Of a stretch of DNA of 64,000 nt, positions 35,095-45,959 are shown piece by piece. Where the stretch lies: the NCBI GenBank assembly GCA_963555995.3, contig OY821641.1:1856001-1920000 (forward strand), written 5' to 3'. Position 1 is the first letter of the stretch; every line of letters begins with the position of its first letter. The stretch is from Vicinamibacteria bacterium. GTDB taxonomy: Bacteria; Acidobacteriota; Vicinamibacteria; Marinacidobacterales; Marinacidobacteraceae. The translations under genes and the position numbers were made by a program. The notes under the pieces are model-generated. The model saw only the letters and a list, made by a program, of their open reading frames with translations, was not told the DNA's origin and did not search any database.

Positions 35095-37719
35095 CTACCG
35101 CGCCCCCAGGTCTTCCACGGCGGCGCCGTTCAGGGCGTTCAGGAAGAGCTTGTAGGTGCCGCGCGGCTGGCCCCGGAACTGGGGACGGAAGCCGAAGAGC
35201 ACCACTTCGCCGGCGCCCATCGGGACCCGCGCCATGGCGATCTTGCCGCCGATGGCGTTCGCTTCGCCGAGCGCCCAGCCGCTCATGAGGATGTCGTCCT
35301 CGGCGTAGCGGGCGATGACCTCCACGTTGGCGGGCGGCGGCGCCATCGTGGTCTCCCGTCCCCCTTCGCGGGTCCGGGGCAGGCTCACGGTATCGAAAGC
35401 CCGGCTCCTCACGAACTGGGTCGCCACCTCGTCCCGCATCCCGAAGGCCAGCGGATGCGCGGTGTCCACGGTGGCCCGGATCAGCGAGCCCGGGATGAAG
35501 AAGGTCCGGTCGGCCAATCCGGCGGTGACGTTCCGCAGGGGGAGGCCGAACTGGGCGATGGCGAAGTCGCTCGCCCCGTCCAGCGTCACCAGCATGCCGC
35601 CCTCCTCGACGAAACGGCTCAGCGACAGCGACCCCTCGAGGCCGATGCCGCCGGTGAACTCGTCGGGCATCGTGCCGGGGGCGTGTCCCTGGAGAATCTC
35701 CCGGGTGGACTGGTGGGGCAGGACGATCACGTCCAGCCGCGACAGGTCACCGGTCCGCACATCGTCGTCGGAGAGGCTGGTGAGGTCGTACTCGTAGTTC
35801 TCGAGCAGCCAGCGGGTCCATCCCTCGTCCATGCTGGCGACGTAGGACTTGTAGAGGCCGACCCGGACCGGCTCCAGCGGCAGCAGTTCCACGTCCGGCG
35901 CCCGGGAGAGCCCCGCGACATCGAGCCCCAGTTCGGAGGCGATCCCTTCCATGGCCGCGTCGGCCGGGTCCGACCGGCGCACGACCAGGGTCCCCGCGGG
36001 ATGCTCCGTCCCGCCGTCCGTGAAGCTCTCCGCCGCCCAGGCCACCTCGGCGCCCGCGGCGAGCAGCCGGTTCTGGGCGATCACCGCGGCGTTCGGGCGG
36101 TGCGAGATCGCGTAGCCGAAGGAGCCCCCGCCGGAGACCTCACCGGCCGGCGCCCGGATCGGACCGTCCACCCGTGCGGATGCGACCCCGGGAACCTCCG
36201 CGACCCGGTCCACCCGCACTCCCATCTGCATGGGCAGCGTCCAGCCCGCGAGGTCGTAGGGGGGATCCGGCGGCCCGTCCGGCGTCCGCCGGCGGTCGGG
36301 ATAGTCCTGCGCCTCCAGCAGGTCTTCGGCGTAGGCGCGGAACGCCTGGGCGCCCGGAATGATGTAGGAGCCCTCCCCGTAGGTCTCCCCGTCGATCTCG
36401 AACGCCGCTTCCGCCCGCTCGATCACGATGCCCCCCTCGTGGAGCACGTTCACGAGCGCAGCGGCCTCGCCCGGGTCCCACTGGCCGGCCGGGACGATCC
36501 AGCTCGCCTCGCTCCCCTCGATCGCGTCGCGGCCCATCCTCCAGATGTCGAAGAGCCACTTCTCCCGGAGGTCGGCCGCCACGTCGAGGACCGCCATGGA
36601 CGCGGTCAGCGTGTAGCGGATCGGATCCGAGAAGGGCGACTCCCCGCCCGGCCACGGATAGGGATAGAAGACGTCGGTTCCGTTGGTCGGCGCCGCCTGT
36701 CCGCGGCGGGGGTTGCCGACGAACTCCGGACGGTCCTCCGGGTCGTAGATCCGCGGACTGGCCGAGGCGTGCGACGTCTCGGTCAGCAGCCCGATCATGT
36801 TGTGGAAGTAGGGCACGGTCCGCATGCCCCCGTTCCACCACATCGAATAGATCATGTCGGAGACCGCGCCCGGCATCTTCTTCATGGCGAAGCGGTTCGC
36901 CATCGCCGAACCGATCAGGTTCACCGAGGTGGTGACCCCGGGATGGATCCGGGGGTTCACCGGGTCAGCGAAGGGCGGCAGGAAGATCCGCGCCCAGGCC
37001 GGGCCGGTCTGGTGGTGGTTGTAGACGATCTGCGGGAACCACTCGTGGTAGAGCATCCGGCTCACCGCCGCCGTCTCGGGCATGTTGTTCATGAACCAGT
37101 CGCGGTTGTTGTCGTGCCCGACGTAGTGGTGGTAGAGCTCGGGCGGGCGCGTCGTCTCGAAGGGCGTCTCGAGGTTCCGGCGGTACCAGGACGCCACGAT
37201 GTCCAGGCCGTCGGGATTCATGCAGGGCATGAGGATCAGGATCACCTCGTCCCGGATCTTCCGCATCTCTTCGGAGTCCTCGGTGGCGACCCGGTGGGCG
37301 AGGAGCGGCGCCATCTGCGCGGGCGCCACCTCGGTGGCGTGGAGCCCCGCGTCAATCCAGACCACCGCCTTCCCCTCGCGGGAGATCCGGACCGCCTCCT
37401 CCTCCGAAATCTCTGCGTGGGCGAGCGCCCGCGCATTCTCCCGGTGCGTATCCAGCGCCGCGAGGTTCTCCGGCGAGGAGATGAAGAGGACGAGGAGCGG
37501 CTTGCCGAGGACGGTCTCGCCGATCTCGCGGAGCTCCACCCGGTCGCTCGCCGCCGCGAGCTGCTCGTAGTACGGGGTCAGCTCGCCCCAGAGCGCGAGT
37601 TGGTAGTCGTCGCCGGGCTCGAAGCCGAGGACTTCCGACGGCGCCGGAACCTGCGCCTCCGCCACGCTGCCGAGCGTCAGGCCGGCGGCCAGCAGGAAAG
37701 AAACCGTGACTCGAAGCAT
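35095..37719 (-). CDS. M14 family zinc carboxypeptidase, secreted
   Basis: GLHATE, NPDG, GHDNNRD, HHQ, DEGWTRW. Confidence 0.9.
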   Translation of the reverse strand: MLRVTVSFLLAAGLTLGSVAEAQVPAPSEVLGFEPGDDYQLALWGELTPYYEQLAAASDRVELREIGETVLGKPLLVLFISSPENLAALDTHRENARALAHAEISEEEAVRISREGKAVVWIDAGLHATEVAPAQMAPLLAHRVATEDSEEMRKIRDEVILILMPCMNPDGLDIVASWYRRNLETPFETTRPPELYHHYVGHDNNRDWFMNNMPETAAVSRMLYHEWFPQIVYNHHQTGPAWARIFLPPFADPVNPRIHPGVTTSVNLIGSAMANRFAMKKMPGAVSDMIYSMWWNGGMRTVPYFHNMIGLLTETSHASASPRIYDPEDRPEFVGNPRRGQAAPTNGTDVFYPYPWPGGESPFSDPIRYTLTASMAVLDVAADLREKWLFDIWRMGRDAIEGSEASWIVPAGQWDPGEAAALVNVLHEGGIVIERAEAAFEIDGETYGEGSYIIPGAQAFRAYAEDLLEAQDYPDRRRTPDGPPDPPYDLAGWTLPMQMGVRVDRVAEVPGVASARVDGPIRAPAGEVSGGGSFGYAISHRPNAAVIAQNRLLAAGAEVAWAAESFTDGGTEHPAGTLVVRRSDPADAAMEGIASELGLDVAGLSRAPDVELLPLEPVRVGLYKSYVASMDEGWTRWLLENYEYDLTSLSDDDVRTGDLSRLDVIVLPHQSTREILQGHAPGTMPDEFTGGIGLEGSLSLSRFVEEGGMLVTLDGASDFAIAQFGLPLRNVTAGLADRTFFIPGSLIRATVDTAHPLAFGMRDEVATQFVRSRAFDTVSLPRTREGGRETTMAPPPANVEVIARYAEDDILMSGWALGEANAIGGKIAMARVPMGAGEVVLFGFRPQFRGQPRGTYKLFLNALNGAAVEDLGAR

Positions 37720-37768
37720 GGAGCGCCCCCCGGGAGAAGCCGGAAATGTTACGGGGGACGCCCCGGAA

Positions 37769-38782
37769 TCAGACGGACTCTTTCAGGGTCACCGCATCAA
37801 GGAAGGGCATCATCTTCCGAAGCTCGGCCCCGACCGTCTCGATCTGGTGGTTCTGCTCGGCGCGGCGGCGCGCCATGAAGTTGGGCCGGCCCGCCCGGTC
37901 CTCTTCGATCCAGCCCCGGGCGTAGGCCCCGCTCCGGACGTCCGCGAGGATCTTCTGCATCGCCGCCCGGGTCTCCTCGGTGACGATCTGCCGGCCGCCG
38001 TGGTAGTCGCCGTGCTCGGCGGTGTCGCTCACCGAGTAGCGCATGTAGTTGAGGCCGCCCCGGTACATCAGGTCCACGATCAGCTTCAGCTCGTGGAGGC
38101 ATTCGAAATAGGCGATCTCCGGCTGGTAACCCGCTTCGACCAGCGTCTCGAAGCCCGCCTTGATCAACTCGCTGACGCCGCCGCAGAGGACGCTCTGCTC
38201 CCCGAAGAGATCGGTCTCGGTCTCTTCCGCGAACGTCGTCTCGATCACCCCCGCCCGGGTGAGCCCGACTCCCCGGGCGTAGGAGAGCGCGAGCGCCAGC
38301 GCCCGCCCCGAGGCGTCCTGTTCGACAGCGACCAGGGCCGGGGTCCCGCCTCCCTCGATGAAGAGCTCCCGAACCCGGTGCCCCGGCGCCTTGGGGGCGA
38401 TCAGCGACACGTCCACCTCCGCCGGCGGCCGGATGGTGCCGAAGCGGATGTTGAACCCGTGGGCGAACATGAGCGTCTTGCCGGATCCGAGGTGCGGGGC
38501 GATCTGTTCCTCGTAGATCGCCGCCTGCGTGGTGTCCGGCGTCAGGATGGTGACCACATCGGCCCAGGCGGCGGCTTCCGGACCGGAGACCACTTGGAGC
38601 CCCTCGGCTTCGGCGCGGCCGCGGGAGCGGCTGCCGGCATGGAGCGCGATCCGCACCTCGACGCCGCTGTCGCGGAGGTTCAGCGCGTGGGCGTGGCCCT
38701 GCGACCCGTAGCCGAAGACGGCCACCTTCATGCCCTGGATCAGCGCGAGATCGGCGGAGTCGTCGTAGTAGATGTTGGCCAT
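37769..38782 (-). CDS. ilvC: Ketol-acid reductoisomerase
   Basis: [40 protein letters not shown]. Confidence 0.98.
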   Translation of the reverse strand: MANIYYDDSADLALIQGMKVAVFGYGSQGHAHALNLRDSGVEVRIALHAGSRSRGRAEAEGLQVVSGPEAAAWADVVTILTPDTTQAAIYEEQIAPHLGSGKTLMFAHGFNIRFGTIRPPAEVDVSLIAPKAPGHRVRELFIEGGGTPALVAVEQDASGRALALALSYARGVGLTRAGVIETTFAEETETDLFGEQSVLCGGVSELIKAGFETLVEAGYQPEIAYFECLHELKLIVDLMYRGGLNYMRYSVSDTAEHGDYHGGRQIVTEETRAAMQKILADVRSGAYARGWIEEDRAGRPNFMARRRAEQNHQIETVGAELRKMMPFLDAVTLKESV

Positions 38783-38814
38783 TGGGGGTCCTTTCGTTGG
38801 GGTTTGCGGCGAAA

Positions 38815-39402
38815 TCAGACGGACTGGGACCCGTCGTCGGACGGGGCCGATCTCCGGCGCTTCGGCGGTTTGCGGGCGTCCGGATCGGTCATCACGCTCG
38901 CGGCCCCGCGCGCCATCCCGACCAGCCCGGTCCGGACCTGTTCCACGATCCCGTAGGGACGCAGCACCTCGGCGAGCCCGTCAATCTTCGCCGGCGACGC
39001 GGTCGCCTCGAGCACCACCGACTCCGGCGCGATGTCCACGAGGCGGGCCCCGGTGGCGCCGGCGAGCTGGATGACCTGGGTGCGCTCCTCCCCCGTCGCC
39101 TGGATCTTGAACATCGCGAGTTCGTGATGGATCGCGGGCTCGTTCGTGATGTCGTCGGCGCGCAGCACGTTCACGAGGCGCGAGAGCTGGACCAGCATCC
39201 GGCGCGCGGTGGTCGCGTCGGTCCGCACCACGATCGTCATCCGGGATACGCCCGGCGCCCGCGCGGGTCCGACGCTCAGCGACTCGATGTTGAAGCCGCG
39301 GCGCCGGAAGAGCGAGGTGACCCGGTTCAGGACCCCGGGGAGGTCCTCCACCCACACCACGAAGATGTGGGGCCGGACCCGGCCGTCCGGACCCGGTGTC
39401 AC
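38815..39402 (-). CDS. ilvN: Acetolactate synthase small subunit
   Basis: [34 protein letters not shown]; start estimated at GTG 39402. Confidence 0.93.
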   Translation of the reverse strand: MTPGPDGRVRPHIFVVWVEDLPGVLNRVTSLFRRRGFNIESLSVGPARAPGVSRMTIVVRTDATTARRMLVQLSRLVNVLRADDITNEPAIHHELAMFKIQATGEERTQVIQLAGATGARLVDIAPESVVLEATASPAKIDGLAEVLRPYGIVEQVRTGLVGMARGAASVMTDPDARKPPKRRRSAPSDDGSQSV

Positions 39403-39406
39403 GGCC

Positions 39407-41167
39407 TCACCACTCCACGGCGTCGCCGGCGGCCACCGGCTCCTCCTCGGACGCCGGGTCGCCATCGGCCTCCTGCTCGGGCCGCCGGATCATGTCCTGG
39501 AGGCGGGCGCCGGTCGGGACCATGGGATACACGGTGTCCTCCTTCTCGACCTGGAAGTCCAGCACCACCGTCCGCTCGTCGGCGCGGGCGCGCTCGACCG
39601 CGCCCTCGACTTCCTGCCGGCTCCGCACCACCTCCCCGCCGAGGCCGAACGACCGGGCGAGGGCCGCGAAGTCCGGGCTCAGGATGGGGGTCCCGGCGTA
39701 GCGGCGGTCGTAGAAGAACTCCTGCCACTGCCGCACCATGCCCAGATAGCCGTTGTTGATGATCGCGACGTTCAGCTTGAGCCGTTCCTGGGCGATGGTC
39801 GCGAGTTCGCACATGGTCATCTGGAACCCGCCGTCTCCCGCGATCACCCACACCTCGTCGTCCGGGCGCGCCACCTTGGCCCCCACGGCCGCCGGGAGCG
39901 CGAAACCCATCGTCCCCAGCCCTCCGGAGGTGATCAGGGAGCGGGGTTCGTTGTGGCGGTAGTACTGCGCCTCCCACATCTGGTGCTGGCCGACGTCGGT
40001 GGTCACGATCGCCTTGCCCCGGGTCATGCGCCAGATGTCGTGGATGACGTGCGCCGCGTAGAGCTTCCCCATGTCGGGAAGGTTCTGGATGTCGCGGACC
40101 GCGGTGTCCCCCTTGAAACCCCGGATGCTTCCGAGCCACTCCGAGCGGTCCCGGGCCTCGATGACCGGCAGCAGGTGGGCCAGCACCGCGGAGAGGTCCC
40201 CGGCGAGGGCCACGTCCACCCGAACGTTCTTGTTGAACTCGGCCGGATCAATGTCAATGTGGATCTTGGCCGCGTTCGGGGCGTAGGTCTTGAGGCTTCC
40301 GGTCACCCGGTCGTCGAACCGCATGCCGAGCGCCAGCAGCAGGTCGGCCTCCTGGATCGCCTGGTTGACCCACGACTCCCCGTGCATGCCCATCATCCCC
40401 ATGTTGAGCGCGTGGTTCGCCGGGATCGCGCCGATGCCCAGCAGGGTCATGGCGATGGGGATGCGGGCGCGCTCGGCGAGTTCCCGCACCTGCCCCATCG
40501 CGCCCGAGATCAGGATCCCGTGGCCGGCGAGGATGACCGGGCGTTCCGCCCGGTTGATGAGTTCCGCCGCCCGCTGCAGCTCGGATTCCGGCGGCCGGGG
40601 CTCCGGCCGGTAGCCCGGCAGGTCCACCTTCCCGAGGCGCGGGCGCGCCTCGGTGAACGCCTGCTGCGCGTCCTTGGTGATGTCCACCAGCACCGGCCCC
40701 GGACGCCCCGAACGGGCGACGTAGAAGGCCTCGTGGAGCGCCGGCGCGATCTCGTCCACCTCCGTGACCAGGTAGTTGTGCTTGGTGATCGGCAGGGTGA
40801 CCCCGGTGACGTCGGTCTCCTGGAAGGCGTCGGTCCCGATGAGGGCGCTGCCGACCTGGCCGGTGACGCAGACGATGGGCGACGAGTCGAGCATCGCGGT
40901 GGCGATCCCGGTCACCATGTTCGTCGCGCCGGGCCCCGAGGTCGCGACGGCCACCCCCACCTCGCCGCTCGCCCGCGAGAACCCGTCCGCCATGTGCGTC
41001 GCGCCCTGCTCGTGACGCACCAGGATGTGCCGGATGGGGTAGTCGAGCATCGCGTCGTACGCCGGCAGGATGGCCCCGCCCGGATACCCGAACACCGTGT
41101 GCACCCCTTCCCCGAGCAGGGTCTCCCAGATGAGTTGCGCTCCGGTTCGCCTCCAGCGCTTCTTCAT
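39407..41167 (-). CDS. ilvB: Acetolactate synthase large subunit
   Basis: FGYPGGAILP, RHEQGA, TSGPGATN, DVGQHQMW, GDGGFQM, GMVRQWQ. Confidence 0.98.
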   Translation of the reverse strand: MKKRWRRTGAQLIWETLLGEGVHTVFGYPGGAILPAYDAMLDYPIRHILVRHEQGATHMADGFSRASGEVGVAVATSGPGATNMVTGIATAMLDSSPIVCVTGQVGSALIGTDAFQETDVTGVTLPITKHNYLVTEVDEIAPALHEAFYVARSGRPGPVLVDITKDAQQAFTEARPRLGKVDLPGYRPEPRPPESELQRAAELINRAERPVILAGHGILISGAMGQVRELAERARIPIAMTLLGIGAIPANHALNMGMMGMHGESWVNQAIQEADLLLALGMRFDDRVTGSLKTYAPNAAKIHIDIDPAEFNKNVRVDVALAGDLSAVLAHLLPVIEARDRSEWLGSIRGFKGDTAVRDIQNLPDMGKLYAAHVIHDIWRMTRGKAIVTTDVGQHQMWEAQYYRHNEPRSLITSGGLGTMGFALPAAVGAKVARPDDEVWVIAGDGGFQMTMCELATIAQERLKLNVAIINNGYLGMVRQWQEFFYDRRYAGTPILSPDFAALARSFGLGGEVVRSRQEVEGAVERARADERTVVLDFQVEKEDTVYPMVPTGARLQDMIRRPEQEADGDPASEEEPVAAGDAVEW

Positions 41168-41225
41168 CTTTTTCCCTCCGGGCCGTCACCCGGCGCCTGA
41201 GCCGGGGAACTGCCGCAGGCCGGAA

Positions 41226-41663
41226 TCAATCGTCGGCGAGAGCCTCGCGGATCCCCGCCGAGATCCGTTCTCCTTCCGCGGCGCCGAGGGATCCCGGACG
41301 CCAGACGGTCTGGAGCCCCTGCCCCGGCTCGCTCCGGCGGCCGTAGGCGGGGATGACGTGGAAGTGTACGTGCGGGACCGCCTGGCCGGCGGGCTTCCCG
41401 TTGTTCAGGATGATGTTGCAGTGCGGCGTACCGGTCGCCTTCGCCACCGCCCGGCATATCCGGGGCAACACCCGCCCGATGGCGGCGGAGGAATCGTCCG
41501 ACAGTTCGCCGAGCGATTCGCGGCTCTCCCGGGGGACCACCAGCAGGTGCCCGGGGCTCTGCGGTCCGATGTCGAGGAACGCGTACACCCGGTCGTCCTC
41601 ATAGACGCAGTGGCTCGGCAGTTCGCCCCGGATGATCCGGTCGAAGAGCGTCCCCTCGGACAT
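41226..41663 (-). CDS. HIT family protein
   Basis: LFDRIIRGELP, AFLDI.P..PGH.LVVP, GQAVPHVHFH. Confidence 0.93.
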   Translation of the reverse strand: MSEGTLFDRIIRGELPSHCVYEDDRVYAFLDIGPQSPGHLLVVPRESRESLGELSDDSSAAIGRVLPRICRAVAKATGTPHCNIILNNGKPAGQAVPHVHFHVIPAYGRRSEPGQGLQTVWRPGSLGAAEGERISAGIREALADD

Positions 41664-41734
41664 GCGCGCGAACCCTAACAGCCTGGGGCAAGACGCACGC
41701 GGCATTCCCGAGCTACGAGGAATGGAAGGGCTCC

Positions 41735-41929
41735 GGGTTGGCCAACAGTCGTGGTGGCGCTGTCGGCTTGGAGCGCCGGCTTCAGCCGGCACAGCGGCCC
41801 GCCGGGCCGCGGGCGGTTCGTCGCTACCCCGGGTACATGGGCGCACGCAGCCGCGCCATCCCCGCGAATCATCTCCGTCCCGCCGCCCGCCTCCGGCGGG
41901 CTGTGCCGGCTGAAGCCGGCGTTCCAAAC
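41735..41929. repeat. REPIN-like element
   Basis: Inverted REP pair at 41765 and 41903; internal part similar to the reverse complement of 56459-56570. Confidence 0.85.
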
Positions 41930-42033
41930 GGTCCCTGCCACCCTGGGCCTCAGCGTCCCGCTCCGCACCTTCATGAGCGGCATCACCCCGGCTGACACGC
42001 GGGTCGGCTGGGTCGCTCGGTACACTGCCGCCC

Positions 42034-43044
42034 GTGAAGCGCTGGGTATTCCATCGGTTTGGCGCCGAAAACCTCCGCTTCGAGGACTGCCCCCCATCCC
42101 GGCCCGGGCCCGGCGAGGTCCTCGTGGGACTCGGCGCGGCGTCGCTCAACTACCGGGACCTGCTGATCCTGAAGGGCCTCTACAACCCGCGCCTCCCCCT
42201 GCCCCAGGTCCCGGTCAGCGACGGCGCGGGCGTCATCCTGGAGATCGGCGAAGGAGTCACGGAGTTCTCTCCGGGAGACCGGGTGATCACGCACCCGGTG
42301 GTCGGCTGGGAGGACGGCCGCTTCCGCCGCGAGTACTCGCGGGCCACGCTGGGCGGCCCCGGCCCGGGCATGGGGCAGGAAGCGGTCGTCGTTCCCGAGG
42401 CCGCGCTCGCCCGCGCCCCCTCCGGCTGGAGCCACGAAGAGGCGGCCGCGCTCCCGATCGCCGCCGTGACCGCCTGGAGCGCGCTCGTCACCGAGGGCCC
42501 GGTGCGGCCCGGCCAGACGGTGCTCACCCTCGGGACCGGCGGCGTCTCCATCTTCGCGCTCCAGATCGCCAAGGCGCTGGGCGCGCGGGTCATCATCACT
42601 TCGTCTTCCCACGAGAAGCTGGAGCGGGCGCGGGCGCTGGGCGCCGACGTCGGGATCCACCGGATCGAGACCCCCGCGTGGGACAAGGCCGTCCGGGAGG
42701 CCACCGGGGGCGAGGGCGCGGACCTCGTGGTCGAAAACGGCGGCGCCGGCACCCTCAACCAGTCCATCCGGGCCACCGCCGCCGGCGGGACCGTCGCGAT
42801 GCTCGGCGCCCTCACCGGACTCGAGGCCCCGGTCCAGTTCGCTCCGGTGGTGATGCGCCGGATCCGGATCGCGGGGATCATGACCGACTGCCGGCGGGCG
42901 CTCCGGGACGTGGTGGACTTCCTCGAGAAGAAGGATCTTCGGCCCGTCCTCGACAGCCACCATCCCCTCGCCGAACTCCCCGCGGCCCTCGACCGCATGG
43001 AACGGGGCGCCCATTTCGGCAAAATCATCGTCCGGATCGCCTGA
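42034..43044 (+). CDS. MDR-family NAD(P)-dependent oxidoreductase
   Basis: SLNYRDL, P.SDGAG, GTGGVS.FALQ.AK, HFGKI. Confidence 0.9.
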   Translation: MKRWVFHRFGAENLRFEDCPPSRPGPGEVLVGLGAASLNYRDLLILKGLYNPRLPLPQVPVSDGAGVILEIGEGVTEFSPGDRVITHPVVGWEDGRFRREYSRATLGGPGPGMGQEAVVVPEAALARAPSGWSHEEAAALPIAAVTAWSALVTEGPVRPGQTVLTLGTGGVSIFALQIAKALGARVIITSSSHEKLERARALGADVGIHRIETPAWDKAVREATGGEGADLVVENGGAGTLNQSIRATAAGGTVAMLGALTGLEAPVQFAPVVMRRIRIAGIMTDCRRALRDVVDFLEKKDLRPVLDSHHPLAELPAALDRMERGAHFGKIIVRIA

Positions 43045-43074
43045 TCACCGCCACAATTGCCGGTCCCCTCCCCC

Positions 43075-44064
43075 ATGCTCCCCAACCCGACCTTCCTGGT
43101 ACCCGGCGGCGCGGGTTTCATCGGGAGCCACTTCGTGGACCTCCTGCTCGCGCGCTACCCGGACTGCCGGATCATCACCGTGGACAAGCTGACCTACGCG
43201 GGGTCCCTCGACAACCTGGGCGCCGCGCTCGCCGATCCCCGGCACGAGTTCATCCACGGCGACATCTGCGACCCGGCCACCGTCAGGCCGCTCGCGGGCC
43301 GCGCCGACTACGTCGTCAACTTCGCCGCGGAGACCCACGTGGACCGCGCCATCACCGGCGGTGAGGTCTTCGCCCGCACCGACACCCTGGGGACGGCGGT
43401 CCTGCTGGAAGCGTTCCGCCAGTCCACACGCGGGCGGCTCTTCCTCCAGGTGTCCACCGACGAGGTGTACGGGGAGATCCTGGAGGGCCACGCCGGCGAA
43501 GAGGCGCCGCTGGCGCCCCGGAATCCCTACGCCGCCAGCAAGGCCGGCGCGGACCTCCTCGCCCTCGCCTACCGCACCACCCACGGCCTGCCGGTCGTCA
43601 TCAGCCGCGGGGCCAACACCTACGGCCCGCGCCAGCACCACGAGAAGATGGTCCCCACCTTCTTCGCCAGGGCGCTGGCCGGCGGGGAACTGCCGGTGTA
43701 CGGCGACGGCGCCCAGGTCCGGGACTGGTTCTTCGTCGCCGACCACTGCGCCGCCCTCGACCTCCTCCTGCGCTCGGGGACACCCGGGACGGTCTACAAC
43801 GTCGGCGGCGGGGACCGGCGGACCAATCTGGAGATGGCGGGAGCCATCCTGGACCTCGCCGAGCGCGCCGGCGGGCGGCGCGGCCGCATCGCCCACGTGG
43901 CGGACCGCCCCGGCCACGACCGGCGCTACAGCATGGACACCCGCCGCATTCGCCGGCTCGGCTGGACCCCCGAGACCCCCCTCGAGGACGGCCTCGCCCT
44001 GACCTGCGACTGGATCGCCGAGCACCAGGCCCAGATCGCCGCCGCCACCCCCATCCCCGCCTGA
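43075..44064 (+). CDS. rfbB: dTDP-glucose 4,6-dehydratase
   Basis: GGAGFIGS, DKLTYAG, FAAETHVDR, STDEVYG, YAASK, DRPGHDRRY. Confidence 0.9.
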   Translation: MLPNPTFLVPGGAGFIGSHFVDLLLARYPDCRIITVDKLTYAGSLDNLGAALADPRHEFIHGDICDPATVRPLAGRADYVVNFAAETHVDRAITGGEVFARTDTLGTAVLLEAFRQSTRGRLFLQVSTDEVYGEILEGHAGEEAPLAPRNPYAASKAGADLLALAYRTTHGLPVVISRGANTYGPRQHHEKMVPTFFARALAGGELPVYGDGAQVRDWFFVADHCAALDLLLRSGTPGTVYNVGGGDRRTNLEMAGAILDLAERAGGRRGRIAHVADRPGHDRRYSMDTRRIRRLGWTPETPLEDGLALTCDWIAEHQAQIAAATPIPA

Positions 44065-44097
44065 CGGCCGCGACCGCCGGTCTCCTATGATCGGCCC

Positions 44098-45330
44098 GTG
44101 CACCGGAACGCGCACGGAACCGACCCACCGCTTCCCGGCCGCCGCCGGTTCCTCGAGCGGCTGCTCGCAGGCGGACCGGCAGCGGCCCTGTCAGCCTGCG
44201 GCGACCCGAAAACCCCCACCACGCCCGCGCCTCCCCCGAAGCCCAATCCGGCGCCCCCCGCGCCGGAGTCCCCGGAGGTCGCTCCCTTCTTCAAGGACAC
44301 CGCGCCCTTCATCGAGCACGGCGGGAGCCTGGAGGCGCGCCTCGAAGACATGCCCGGCCTCATCACCCCGAACGACCTCTTCTTCGTCCGCAACAACGGC
44401 GGCAGCCTGGGGATTCGGGAAGGCGACTGGAGGCTGGTCATCGAGGGCGACGCGGCGGAGAACCCCTTGGAGCTGTCCTACGACGACGTCCGCAACCTGC
44501 CGGCGCACACGCTCACCGCGTATCTCGAATGCGCCGGGAACCACCGGGCGATGTTCGACCGGGTGCAGGGCCGGCCCGCCGAAGGCACCCAGTGGGGGAC
44601 GGGCGGCATCGGCAACGGGGTCTGGCGCGGCGCCCGCCTCGCCGACGCGCTGGAACTGGCCGGAGTCAAGCCCGCCGCGGCCTCGGTCCTCCTGATCGGC
44701 CTCGATTCCGAGGCCCCCGAAGGGGGCTTCCGGCGGGCGCTGCCCATCAACAAGGCGCTCGCCGACGTGCTCCTCGCCTACGAACTGAACGGCGAGCCGC
44801 TGCCGCGGGACCACGGCTTTCCCGTGCGCGCCCTCGTCCCCGGCTGGGTGGGGAGTTCCAGCATCAAGTGGCTCGGCAGGATCGAGGTCTCGAGCGAACC
44901 GCACTGGACGCGGAACCACACGAGCTCCTACGTCCTGATCGGAGACAGCTATCCCCCGGAAGGCCGGGCAACGGGCCAGGTCGCCACGATCCAGACAATC
45001 AAGAGCGCCCTCGCCCTCCCCTGGCCGGCGGAGCTCGGCCCCGGGACTCACACCCTGCACGGCTTCGCGCAGTCCCCCGAGGGAGCGATCGCTCGCGTCG
45101 AATGGAGCGACGACGGCGGCGCAACCTGGAACGAGGCCCGCGTCCCCGGCGTCCCGACCGAGCTGAGCTGGCGCCGCTTCGAGTTCGACTGGGCGCCCGC
45201 GCCGGGCAGCTACACCGTCATGACCAGGGCCACCGACCACACCGGCGCCACCCAGCCGGAGTCGGTTCCCTTCAACCGCAAGGGTTACCTCTTCAACCAG
45301 CCGCTCCCCCATCCGATCCGGGTCGGATAG
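44098..45330 (+). CDS. Sulfite oxidase family molybdoenzyme, Tat lipoprotein
   Basis: RRRFL...LSAC, FFVRNN, LECAGN, LAYELNGEPL..DHGFPVR..VPGW.G..SIKWL. Confidence 0.9.
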   Translation: MHRNAHGTDPPLPGRRRFLERLLAGGPAAALSACGDPKTPTTPAPPPKPNPAPPAPESPEVAPFFKDTAPFIEHGGSLEARLEDMPGLITPNDLFFVRNNGGSLGIREGDWRLVIEGDAAENPLELSYDDVRNLPAHTLTAYLECAGNHRAMFDRVQGRPAEGTQWGTGGIGNGVWRGARLADALELAGVKPAAASVLLIGLDSEAPEGGFRRALPINKALADVLLAYELNGEPLPRDHGFPVRALVPGWVGSSSIKWLGRIEVSSEPHWTRNHTSSYVLIGDSYPPEGRATGQVATIQTIKSALALPWPAELGPGTHTLHGFAQSPEGAIARVEWSDDGGATWNEARVPGVPTELSWRRFEFDWAPAPGSYTVMTRATDHTGATQPESVPFNRKGYLFNQPLPHPIRVG

Positions 45331-45401
45331 CCGCCGGGAACCCGCGTCGAACCGGATCGAAGCGGGACGGCCAACCGCCTCGCACACACGGAGGACGCAG
45401 G

Positions 45402-45680
45402 ATGACCCAGCCTGTCCAGACGAAGCTTCTGGAGATCTACAAGCTTCCCGCCGGGTTCGCGGACCGGTTGACGGAGCGCCGGGAGGGCGCGCACCGCCTC
45501 TTCGTGAGCCTGCTCACCGGCCTGTTCGTCGTACTGGCGGCTTCCCTCCGCTTCGGGACCGCCGGCGTGAACCCGAACGCAGTCATCGTCTGCGGCGTTG
45601 CGGGCCTGCGCCTCTCCGTCGCGTAGTTCGCGATCCTCCGTTCCTGCCAGATCCTGGCCCGCGGGAAGCTCAGGGCGCCA
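45402..45680 (+). pseudogene. Degraded small membrane protein (RipA-like / small integral membrane protein family)
   Basis: LEIYKL....ADR..ERRE.A.RLF.SL.T; TAG at 45624 where Trp is expected, then ILRS...L..GK; truncated before a REPIN. Confidence 0.5.
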
Positions 45681-45738
45681 CCCACAGGGAGAGCCCCCCT
45701 GATCGGGTTCTCCCGCACCCCCCACCGAGCACGACAAC

Positions 45739-45902
45739 GGCCTGGAACGCCGGCTTCAGCCGGCACCCGCTGCGCGGAGCCCAGCGCACGGCACGACGCT
45801 GACCCGCGCGCTGGCGCTCGACTCGCGACCAATAGCCGCAAACGGCAGTACGGCATCCACGGGCCTTCGGCCCGCGGTGCCGGCTGAAGCCGGCATTCCC
45901 GG
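45739..45902. repeat. REPIN-like element
   Basis: Inverted REP pair, about 164 bp. Confidence 0.85.
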
Positions 45903-45959
45903 CCGGCGGCGCCATTTGCGCCGGTTGACGTCGCGCCGGAACTGCCCCGCGTTCCCGAC

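Noticed and set aside
45624-45626. In-frame TAG as pyrrolysine or recoding
   Set aside because: It is better explained as a TGG-to-TAG nonsense mutation in a degraded gene.
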